Positions 54,471 through 64,000 of a stretch of 64,000 bases of DNA are shown piece after piece (positions within the stretch are counted from its first letter, which is position 1; each line of letters opens with the position of its first letter). A program made the position numbers and the translations under genes. This DNA is from Piromyces finnis finn. Lineage: Eukaryota > Fungi > Neocallimastigomycota. The notes beneath the pieces are model-generated. The model was not told the origin of the DNA. It ran no database searches and was given only the letters and a program-made list of their open reading frames with translations. The DNA is taken from NCBI GenBank assembly GCA_002104945.1, contig MCFH01000012.1, positions 496,001-560,000 of the forward strand, in the 5' to 3' direction.

Positions 54471-57400
54471 ATGGGTAATGTTAATGCCAAAGATGATAAT
54501 GATGATACACCGTTAATTGTAGCATGCAAAAAAAATGACCTGAAAAAAGTTAGGGAATTGATTGAACATAAAGCAGATGTCAATAAGAGAAATAAAAAGA
54601 ATGGTTATACACCTTTAATTATTGCATGTAATGAAGGAAATGAAATAATAACGAGATACCTAGTAGAACATGGTGCAGATATAAATGCAAAAGATGAAAA
54701 TGGTTATACACCATTAGTTTTTGCTTGCTCTAATGGAAATATTGCAGTCATTAAATATTTGGTGGATAAAGGTGCAGATATAAATATCACAGATGAAAAT
54801 GGAAATACCCCTCTTATTTTATCCATTATTTTTAAAAATAAAACAATAGTAAAATATTTAGTTGATAGTGGTGTTGATGTAAATTTAGAAAATCCCGTTA
54901 AGGGATATACCCCATTAATTGTTGCTTGTAGTAATGATAATGAAGGTAAGGAAAATGACCTGAATTTATTTATTGTAAAATATTTGATGGATCATGGTGC
55001 CCAAGTCAATAGGAAAAATAAAAAAAATGGCGATACTCCTTTAATTATGGCGTGTAAAATGGGCAATGAACCTGTTGCTAAATATTTAATTGAAAAGGGT
55101 GCATCAGTAAATATTGAAAATGAAATAAATCGTATAACACCATTAATCGTGGCCTGCTTTAGTGGAAATGAAGAATTGGTTAAATTATTAGTTGATCGTG
55201 GGGCCATAGTCAATGCTCAAGCAGAATCTGGTGACACACCATTAATCATTGCTTGTAGGAAAAAAAATGAAACATTAGTAAAATATTTAGTTCGTCATAA
55301 GGCCGATATAAATATGAAAAACAAAAAAACCGGAGATACCCCACTGACCATTTCATGTATAAATGAAGATGATAAAATAGTTAAATGCTTGATCAACTTA
55401 AAAGCTGATATTAATGCTAAAAATCTTATGGAGGATACACCATTAATCATTGCAGTCACTAATGAAAATGAAACGATCGTGAAGATTTTGGTGGAAAAAC
55501 ATGCTAACATCAATGTTAAAAATAAAAATGGACATCCTCCATTAGTCATCGCCTGCCGTAAAAAAAATGAATCTTTAGTACGATATTTAATTGATCATGG
55601 CGCAGCTATTGAAAAAAATAAATATGATTTATCTTTAAATATTGCCATTCATTCCGGAAATGTAAAAATAGTAAAATATATGGTGGAACATGGTGCTAAT
55701 GTTAATGTAGAAGATGAACATGGAAATACTCCTTTAATTGATTCATGTAATATACGAAATGAATCTATTGTAAAACTTTTACTTGACCATAAAGCCAATG
55801 TTAATATGAAATGTCAAAATAATAATACGCCGCTTTCTGTTGCTTGTGACAATGGCAGTTATACCATTGTAAAATATTTAATTGACCATGGAGCTGATGT
55901 GAATTTAAAAGGAAAAAATGATGAAAGCCCATTGATTATAGCATGTCATAAAGAAGAAACATTATTATTAGCAAAGGCATCACGCCAATCTAAAACGTCA
56001 ATAAACAGCTCATTTAAAGAAATAAATAAACTTAAGGGAGAAAAGGAAAACTATTTGCCTGTACCAACAAGTGATGGTAGTAACAAGTTAGAAACAACAG
56101 ATGATAATAAAATTATAAATGCCATGGATAGAAAGGAGGTAGAAGAATGCGAATTAATAATAAAATATTTAATAGATCATGGCGCTGATGTTAACGTTAA
56201 AAGTAAAAAGGAAGGAGACACACCGTTAATCCTATCTTGCAAAATGGGAAATGAAACCATTGTCAGGTATTTAATTGACCATGACGCTGATATAGATATA
56301 AGAAATGAAAATAATGAAATACCATTAACCATTGCTTATGCCAAAGAAAATAAACCTATTATTAAATGTTTAATTAATAAATACATAAAACTGTTAAATA
56401 ACGAAAAAATTCAACAAAATCGATACATAATAGAAGAAAATATTGAAAAATTTTTGGTAAGATATCCATCACAAGCCAATATGAGTTTAGACGGGAATAT
56501 AGATATACTAGAAGAGATGATCCAACAGAAAAATATACGACTAATTAATGAATTAATTAAAAATGGAAGAGACATTAATAATTACATGAGGAGTGGGAAA
56601 TTGCCAATAGAGAAGGCAATAGAAAATAATGATATTGACCTTGTTAAAGAATTAATAGAATTAGGAGCAAATATTGAAATTCGTACTCAATCCGGAATAA
56701 AAGTAGTTGATTTAATGAAACGTTCTATGAATGAATTCTACAAGATGGAATATATCTTCAATAGAAATTCTTCCATTGAAGATATTATAAATACTAAAAA
56801 TGAAGAGGCGGCTAAATACATAATAGACCAAGAAGGTTTAAATATCGATTCGGAGGATAGCCATGGGGTTAACCTACTTCAGAAAGCGTTACTCGAGTAT
56901 GACATTGATAAAATAAATGAATTAGTGAGGTTAGGTGCTGATCCAAAGAAAGCCGATGGTGTAATACAAATAAAGTTGAAGAAACAATTGGAAAAAGGAA
57001 AAATAGAAATGAAAGCATTTAATTCAAGTCACCCGGACGGTAAAGAAGAAATTATTAATACGCTTGAATTAAAAAATTATCATTGCATTGCAAGTGAATA
57101 CATCATATCGAATCAATTTGAAAAAGCTAATAAATTAATTTGTAAATATGATAACGTTTTGAAATGGCAAAATGAAAATGAATTAAATCTTCTGTCTCAG
57201 ATGATTATTACCGTTTCTAATGAAAAGGAAAAAAAGGTTTTAGAGGGTATCATCAACAACTATACCTATACTCTGAATACTAAAGAAGTGGCGGTAAATA
57301 AATTGAATAATACCACACCTCTTCACTATTTAATCGAAAAAATTAATAAGAGTCCAGATGCCATTGATCTTTTAGACCTAATTCTTCCCAAAATAGATAA

Positions 57401-60311
57401 TTCAAAAATACTAGATGTTGAGAATAGTGATGGTATGACGGCACTTGATTGTGCAATTGCCATCAATAATATCGATGCTGTCAAAAAATTGTATAGTAGA
57501 GAAATAGAATTGAAAAGTGATTCGTTTGAACGAAAAGAAAATATCATCCATTTACAATATTCCTTATTAAATGATACCATAACATCCGAAAAGTTAAAAG
57601 ATATGATCATTGAAATTGTAAAAATAAGAAATGAAAAGGAAAAAGATATCACCTTTGAAAATATAATTAATGATAATAAAATTAAAAATGGTCAATCCTT
57701 GCTACATATTGCTTCCTATTTAGGAAAAAAGGATATCGTAAATTATTTATTGGAACAAAAAGATATCAAACTCGATGTAAAAGATACCAAGGGTAGAACC
57801 CCGATATTTTATGCCATTATTGCTCAACACGAAGACATTGTGAAAGCAATAATCAATAAGGATAAAGACAAAAATATATTAATGGAAACAGACGATTGTA
57901 ATGCCGCTCCATTAAACTATGCCATTGTCACCCAGAATGAAGAAATTACGTCAATGCTTGTTCCCAAAACAAAAGATTTAAGTATTCATGATAAAAATGG
58001 TAGATCCTTTTTACATTATGCCGTAGCCAATCAAAATATAAAAATTATCGAATCTATATTTAGAGAAATATCAAACTACGGTGAAAAAATTTTAAATATT
58101 CAGGATATTGAGGGAAAAACTGCATTCCATTATGCGGCAATAAGTAGAAATGTAGATATATTGAATATATTTTTACAATCGGATAAAATTGATTATGAAA
58201 TCATTGATAAGAATGAGTTGAAAGTCATTGATTATTTGTTAATGGGTCATTTAGAAATGACTGAAGTATTAGATGAAGGTAATTACAATACTATTCCGGG
58301 TATTATTAGAAAAATGGTGATAAAAATAAAGGATAAGAGTAAGGAAATGTGTAAGAGAAATATTCTCCATAGTGCCTGTGAAAATAAAGTTAGTCCGGAT
58401 GAAGCCATTAAAATTGTCATAGGAGAAAAAAAAGTAAAAATATCTGAATTATCGGAGGTGCCACTCTCTTCAAATATTGGTAAAAAACCATTAGATATCG
58501 CATTAGAAAACCCCAAAATTTCTACTGATACAATAGTAGAACTTATTTTAGCAACAAATATATTAGAAAATAAAACAGAAAAGGGTGAACTATTACAAAA
58601 ACTACTGATATACAATAGAGGAGATATAGCCAGGGTACTACATATTGAGAATGAATACATTAATAAAATTAAAGATTTACCTGTTTTACTCTATAATTTA
58701 ATTACAAAATTAAATGATGTCAACAAGATTAAAAGTACCCTTGGAATTCCATACTCTCTTGATTGTAGGGATTTCAAAATGTATGAATATGCTATTGTAA
58801 AAGATCGTTATGACTGGTATAGAGAATTTATTAGACATGAAAAAGCAGTTTCCATAGAAAAAATAAAAGAAAGAATTATTGAATTCAATGCTATCCAGAT
58901 TTTAGGGGAATTAATCGATGTTGAAGACTTTAATAAAAAAAATTTATGGAAAAAGGCATCTATCGAAATTCGAGGAATGCTACTAAGACATTATATTAAT
59001 CATAATATGCTGGAATTAGAAATCATCAAAGCGGCCAATGATTTGAATATTAACATGGTATCAAAAGCTCTTCAGTTTAGCGGTATATACCTTCCCGGAT
59101 TATTACATATTGCTGTTAATAAAGGATCAAGAGATTTAGCAAAAGTAGTTATTGAAAAATACGGTAATAAAGTATTTAAAGAAAGAGATGATTATAATCA
59201 AACGCCAATTGATATAGTTGTTCAAACAGAGAATATAGAAATGATTATTTACTTTATAATGAAAGGTGCAGAAATAAACGAATTTACCGAGGATTTAACG
59301 CCTATCAAAATGTTAATTAATGAAGAAATAGGAAAGGCCAAGGAAATGATTGAATTAATTAATCTAAGCATCGACTCATTTAAGAAAAAAGTAAAAGATA
59401 CGGATTCATGTAATGTGGATAAAAAAGACTACCTTGGAAATACACTTATTTATTATGCCATTGAAAATAATAATGCTGAAATGGTAACAACGCTTATTAA
59501 AAAAGGTGCAAATATAAATGTAAAGAATAATTATAAGGAAACACCACTTTTCATAGCAATAAAATATGCTGATAATGTCATTGGAAAAGAATTAATTAAT
59601 AATGGAGGTAATATATTTGAGACGTTCAATGGAAAATCCTTACTTCATTATGCAATGAAAAGAAAATTCAGGGATGAATATGGTGATGAAGTTAGGGAAG
59701 CAGAAGTCAAAAATTCTTTAGCCATTAAATTATTAGAAAAAGGTGTTATTGATTTATCTCGTTCTACCATCAATGGAATAGTACGGTATGATAGAACCTT
59801 TAATTACGAAAATATTACTCAATTGATGTACTTTATAATGGCAGATGATAAAGAAAAAGCAGAACAATTAATAAAATCAGAATGGATTGATTTAAATGCT
59901 ATTGATGATGAAGGAATTACTGCTTATGGCTATGCTTTGCATAAACATTTTTCAGATTTAATGGCAATGATGGAAAGTAAAGAACCAAATATATTAAAAC
60001 ATGAAAAGATTATAAAAGACTTTTTCGGATTAACCGATAAAAAGACAGTTACCATTGCAGCAGCCGGATTAGTAGCAGCCGGATTAGGAATTATAGCAAA
60101 ACAAACGAATGTTGGTGGTATGGCGTATGATTTAATAGAAAATGTAGTTATTGAAAATAGTAAAGGTTTCTTAAATCAAGATTCTAGAGAAACACTGGAA
60201 CAAATACAAGAAGATAGAAATATAATACAAGATAAAGCTCAAAAAATCATTGAATCTAAAGCAGTTAAAGATGCTTATACCTACTTTAAAAACAAAAATA
60301 AAGATAGTTAA
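54471..60311 (+). CDS. 1946-aa intronless ankyrin-repeat protein with C-terminal hydrophobic segment
   Basis: Many canonical GxTPLxxAC...IVKYLIDHGADVN repeats in the first ~640 aa, then degenerate ankyrin clusters (GQSLLHIASYLG, GRSFLHYAV, GNTLIYYA). Hydrophobic VTIAAAGLVAAGLGIIA near the C-terminus. Confidence 0.93.
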   Translation: MGNVNAKDDNDDTPLIVACKKNDLKKVRELIEHKADVNKRNKKNGYTPLIIACNEGNEIITRYLVEHGADINAKDENGYTPLVFACSNGNIAVIKYLVDKGADINITDENGNTPLILSIIFKNKTIVKYLVDSGVDVNLENPVKGYTPLIVACSNDNEGKENDLNLFIVKYLMDHGAQVNRKNKKNGDTPLIMACKMGNEPVAKYLIEKGASVNIENEINRITPLIVACFSGNEELVKLLVDRGAIVNAQAESGDTPLIIACRKKNETLVKYLVRHKADINMKNKKTGDTPLTISCINEDDKIVKCLINLKADINAKNLMEDTPLIIAVTNENETIVKILVEKHANINVKNKNGHPPLVIACRKKNESLVRYLIDHGAAIEKNKYDLSLNIAIHSGNVKIVKYMVEHGANVNVEDEHGNTPLIDSCNIRNESIVKLLLDHKANVNMKCQNNNTPLSVACDNGSYTIVKYLIDHGADVNLKGKNDESPLIIACHKEETLLLAKASRQSKTSINSSFKEINKLKGEKENYLPVPTSDGSNKLETTDDNKIINAMDRKEVEECELIIKYLIDHGADVNVKSKKEGDTPLILSCKMGNETIVRYLIDHDADIDIRNENNEIPLTIAYAKENKPIIKCLINKYIKLLNNEKIQQNRYIIEENIEKFLVRYPSQANMSLDGNIDILEEMIQQKNIRLINELIKNGRDINNYMRSGKLPIEKAIENNDIDLVKELIELGANIEIRTQSGIKVVDLMKRSMNEFYKMEYIFNRNSSIEDIINTKNEEAAKYIIDQEGLNIDSEDSHGVNLLQKALLEYDIDKINELVRLGADPKKADGVIQIKLKKQLEKGKIEMKAFNSSHPDGKEEIINTLELKNYHCIASEYIISNQFEKANKLICKYDNVLKWQNENELNLLSQMIITVSNEKEKKVLEGIINNYTYTLNTKEVAVNKLNNTTPLHYLIEKINKSPDAIDLLDLILPKIDNSKILDVENSDGMTALDCAIAINNIDAVKKLYSREIELKSDSFERKENIIHLQYSLLNDTITSEKLKDMIIEIVKIRNEKEKDITFENIINDNKIKNGQSLLHIASYLGKKDIVNYLLEQKDIKLDVKDTKGRTPIFYAIIAQHEDIVKAIINKDKDKNILMETDDCNAAPLNYAIVTQNEEITSMLVPKTKDLSIHDKNGRSFLHYAVANQNIKIIESIFREISNYGEKILNIQDIEGKTAFHYAAISRNVDILNIFLQSDKIDYEIIDKNELKVIDYLLMGHLEMTEVLDEGNYNTIPGIIRKMVIKIKDKSKEMCKRNILHSACENKVSPDEAIKIVIGEKKVKISELSEVPLSSNIGKKPLDIALENPKISTDTIVELILATNILENKTEKGELLQKLLIYNRGDIARVLHIENEYINKIKDLPVLLYNLITKLNDVNKIKSTLGIPYSLDCRDFKMYEYAIVKDRYDWYREFIRHEKAVSIEKIKERIIEFNAIQILGELIDVEDFNKKNLWKKASIEIRGMLLRHYINHNMLELEIIKAANDLNINMVSKALQFSGIYLPGLLHIAVNKGSRDLAKVVIEKYGNKVFKERDDYNQTPIDIVVQTENIEMIIYFIMKGAEINEFTEDLTPIKMLINEEIGKAKEMIELINLSIDSFKKKVKDTDSCNVDKKDYLGNTLIYYAIENNNAEMVTTLIKKGANINVKNNYKETPLFIAIKYADNVIGKELINNGGNIFETFNGKSLLHYAMKRKFRDEYGDEVREAEVKNSLAIKLLEKGVIDLSRSTINGIVRYDRTFNYENITQLMYFIMADDKEKAEQLIKSEWIDLNAIDDEGITAYGYALHKHFSDLMAMMESKEPNILKHEKIIKDFFGLTDKKTVTIAAAGLVAAGLGIIAKQTNVGGMAYDLIENVVIENSKGFLNQDSRETLEQIQEDRNIIQDKAQKIIESKAVKDAYTYFKNKNKDS

Positions 60312-61534
60312 ATTAGTATATTCTTTTTTTTTTTTTTTATAATATATATTATATGTATTATGTGTATATCCAAAGATTGATTATATATATATACTCGATT
60401 CTATAATTATTTAATAAATATTTAAAGTTAAAACATTAATAAATTATTAATTTATATTTTGTAAATATTTATTTATTTTTTTTTTTATGAGGAAAGAATA
60501 TCTTTAAGATTTGATATTTAAGATAAACAGTTATTTAAGATATAATTAAATCATATTATATAAAATTATTAATACAATAGTTATTACTATTATTATTGCT
60601 ATATAATAATAATAATAATAATAATACTAAATTTTTAAAAAATGTTTATATATAGTGATGCTCTAACATTAAATAAAAATGAATATTATTATGAAATACT
60701 CTTGATAGTTTCCCAGTTGCTCTGCCCAAGATCCATTCCCAATTTACTTTATAAATAAATAATTTATGAATTAAAAAATATATTAAAATTTTTATTAATA
60801 TTTTATATTTTAATATATTTTATTATTTTTATTATTAATAAAGGAAAAATTTATAATTCTTTTAATTCTGCATAATTAAGATATTTAACACAAAAAGACA
60901 ATTTTAAATTTCTTTATTTTTTTCTTTTTTTTTTTTTTATAACATATATATAAAAAGACTAGTAATTTAATTATATTATATATATAAAAATATATGTCAT
61001 TAATTCAAGTTTATTTTTCACGAGAAACAACAAAATATTTTTGATTGTTAAAATAAAGGGTAACATTTTCATTAGCATTTACTTTCTTAAATTAACTCTA
61101 TAACGTTTATATCAAAGATTTCAAATAAATAAATAAATAAATAAATAAACAAATAAATAAATAAATAAATAAATAAATAAAAAAAACCTTGAACTTTTAT
61201 AAATATAGATTATTACATATATATTTTATATAATACATTTATAATACATTGATTATATACCTTTTTAGTAAATTAACATTAATGTGTATTATTTTATTAT
61301 ATTATTTTTTTATTTTATAATAAAAAAGTTCCATTGTAAATTATATATATTTAATATATTGTATAAGAGAAGAAAAAAAAAATATAACAATTAATTAATA
61401 TATTTTCAAATATAAATATTTGATAATAATGAACAAACATAATTTAAAATTTGCCTATCGAAGTTCATGTCTTCATAAAAATTTCAAACATTCTACTCAG
61501 TTTCACTTTAATTGTATTTCAATAAAAATAAATA

Positions 61535-63419
61535 ATGTCAAAACTTAAACCTTTTAAATATATAAAAAAGATAACCATAGTGTATATTCATGGTTTTATG
61601 GGAGATGATGAAACGTTTTATGACTTTCCGGAATTTCTAAAAAATACATTTGAATTGTATAGAGTAAAAATAATTAATAATGTAAATATCAGTATATTTT
61701 TTATTTAGTGTCACTATGATACGGTTTATTATTATTACTGAAATTGTTAATTATGACTGTTAAATTGGATGAAAATATAAATAAATATTATATAATACTA
61801 TTTATAATGATAATTTAAAATGGACAAAATCCAGCTATTTTTAAAAGACTATTTTATTAATATATATATTTTTATTTAACAAAAACAATAAAACAATAGC
61901 CATATCCATCTTTTAAAACTAGAGGAAATTTTAAACAATCAGTAAATAAATTTATAGATTGGCTTTATGAAAATGGTGGTAGCGATCCTATTATTTTAAT
62001 GGGTCATTCCATGGTTTGTCTATTTTTCGTTATTATATAAATATAATGAATGAAGTCTCGGTATTAATTTTTTTTTTTTTTTTTTTTATTGTCAAAAATC
62101 TTTTATAATAAATATATTTGGATTTTTTTTTTATTTTTAAATATAAAATTAATTAAAAGGGTGGTATTCTTATAACTGAAGCATATAAGTAACTATTCAT
62201 TTAGTTAATATTTCCAATAACATATCATCAGTTTATATTTCTAATAATATTAAAAAAAACTTAATTTTTCATTAAATGTATTGGAATAATTATATAACCT
62301 AGAATAATATCCTATAAACAAAGTAGAAACAAAGGTAAGTATTTAAATATATGTATTTAATTATTATAAAGAGAAATAGGTATTTATAATGTTATTTTAA
62401 ATAAATATATAAATATATATATTATAATAGGAAATGATAAACTAAACATTATTGGTTTATTTGGATTTGACTCACCATACTTTGGTCTTGCAGTAGATTC
62501 TGTAGCAAATGCAGGAATGAAACAAATAGAGGAACCGTTATCCTCAGCTGTTAATTATGTTACATCGTATTTTGGAAATAATAATAATAATAATAATAAT
62601 GAAAGTGAAAATCTTAAAAGTGATAAAGAAAATGACATTAAGAATAACAGCAATGAAAGTAATGATAATAAAAGGGATATAGAAGAAAATATTAAATCAT
62701 CAAATAATAACAACAGTAATAATAGTAATGATGATAAAATTAATGACAGCAACAACAATAGTGATAAGGGTAATGATAAGAAGGATAATAATGGAAATCA
62801 ATATTGGAATATATTAGGGGTTGCATCAGCTGTCATTGCAGGTTTGACTGTTGCATATGGTGCAATAGTAAATAAAGATGTACGAGAATCACTTATGTTT
62901 AATAGCCAACAAATACTGACAGAAGTATCTCAATTCTTAATACCATATGGAAAATTCTTAGAACCTCTACTTGAAAAAGGAAATCAATATCAAAATATTG
63001 ATTATTTAATAAATAATCGTGTACCTTTTAAGAATTATTATCCAATTGTAACTATTTTTTTTATACTATTATTTTGTATATATATATATTATTTTATTTT
63101 ATTTTTTATTTTAATTAGTTTTCATTTTAAACATTAATTAAATAATATTTATTATTATTATTATTATTATTTTATTTTTTATTTATTATAGACAAAGATT
63201 AAAGATGGTAAAGAAAGTTTTCAAGCAACAACATTTATTTCTCTACCCAGTGAAGAAAAATACCTTAAATTATTTGATTCAGTTCCTGCAGCTGAAGATG
63301 CAGCAAATCCAATCTATTCGCATGTAAATATGTTTAATATTAGAACAAATAGAGAAAATGTATTCAAATTACTAGAGAAATGTATTCAAGATATATATGA
63401 TATTATTAAATGTATTTAA
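61535..63419 (+). CDS. Alpha/beta-hydrolase (putative lipase, GHSMGG), multi-exon
   Basis: Exon 1 IVYIHGFMGDDETF. Exon ~61900-62013 YPSFKTRG...IILMGHSM, spliced to GGIL at ~62160. IIGLFGFDSPYFGL at ~62450, an Asn-rich insert, last exon ...HVNMFNIRTN, and stop at 63417-63419. Confidence 0.82.
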
Positions 63420-63859
63420 AATCTTCTCACTAGAAAAATTTCTTAATTTGAAAACAAATTATATAGATGTATTATTATAATTAATAATGTATATGTTTAT
63501 GTTATATCTATCCAAGAAGAAAAAAATAAAAGATTATTTTTTCTCAAAATATAAATAAAATTATATCGTTTTTAAAAATGAAAAGTGTAATATAATTTAT
63601 AGGCTTTATTTTTTTTTTTATTAATATAATTCTATTATAATTAGGTATATTGTTTTCATTTTAATCTATGTCTAAATAGAAATATTAAAAAAATAGTAAT
63701 AGTTTCTTTTTTTATAATGTATTAAGTTAGGAAATAATAAATGTAAACCAATTTAAAAGTTAGAACTATATATAAATTTTAATAGATAAATAAAAAAAAA
63801 AAGGATTATAATCCTTTTAAATTTTTAAATATAATTATTCAGAACATTTAATTTTTTAT

Positions 63860-64000
63860 TCACACTGACATACTTGAGTTTTCCATTTGAAATGGTATAC
63901 AATTCTGAACAATATTTGTAGAATAGTATGTATTTTTCAATGAGTATTTTCCTATTTTTATTTGATTTTTCTACTGGACATCCGCATATATAGGAGTTAT
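63860..64000 (-). CDS. Possible 3' end of a gene running off the window
   Basis: Open frame NSYICGCPVEKSNKIGKYSLKNTYYSTNIVQNCIPFQMENSSMSV* with locally higher GC. Confidence 0.35.

Overview
Very AT-rich, intron-rich eukaryotic DNA with long poly(A/T) tracts and (AAT)n microsatellites. Composition, intron style and the giant ankyrin gene suggest an anaerobic gut fungus (Neocallimastigomycota); this is inferred, not verified. Reconstructed host genes: an Asn-rich protein (5' partial), LAMTOR3 (missed by the ORF track), a divergent PMT-like O-mannosyltransferase, a Ste20/PAK kinase, an OSR1/SPAK-type kinase, a large hypothetical gene, RPL42/eL42, V-ATPase subunit a, a type I membrane protein, a 1946-aa ankyrin protein and a GHSMGG alpha/beta hydrolase. 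RNA genes: tRNA-Val(CAC) and a tandem pair of snR66-like C/D snoRNAs. Mobile DNA: a full-length tRNA-derived SINE with TSDs, an 80-bp 5'-truncated copy of the same family, and a decayed LINE. The most unusual item is a bacterial/phage-type SH3b-SH3b-phage-tail-lysozyme pseudogene whose first SH3 domain appears split across opposite strands, consistent with an internal inversion. All homology calls are by-eye motif recognition; no searches were run.
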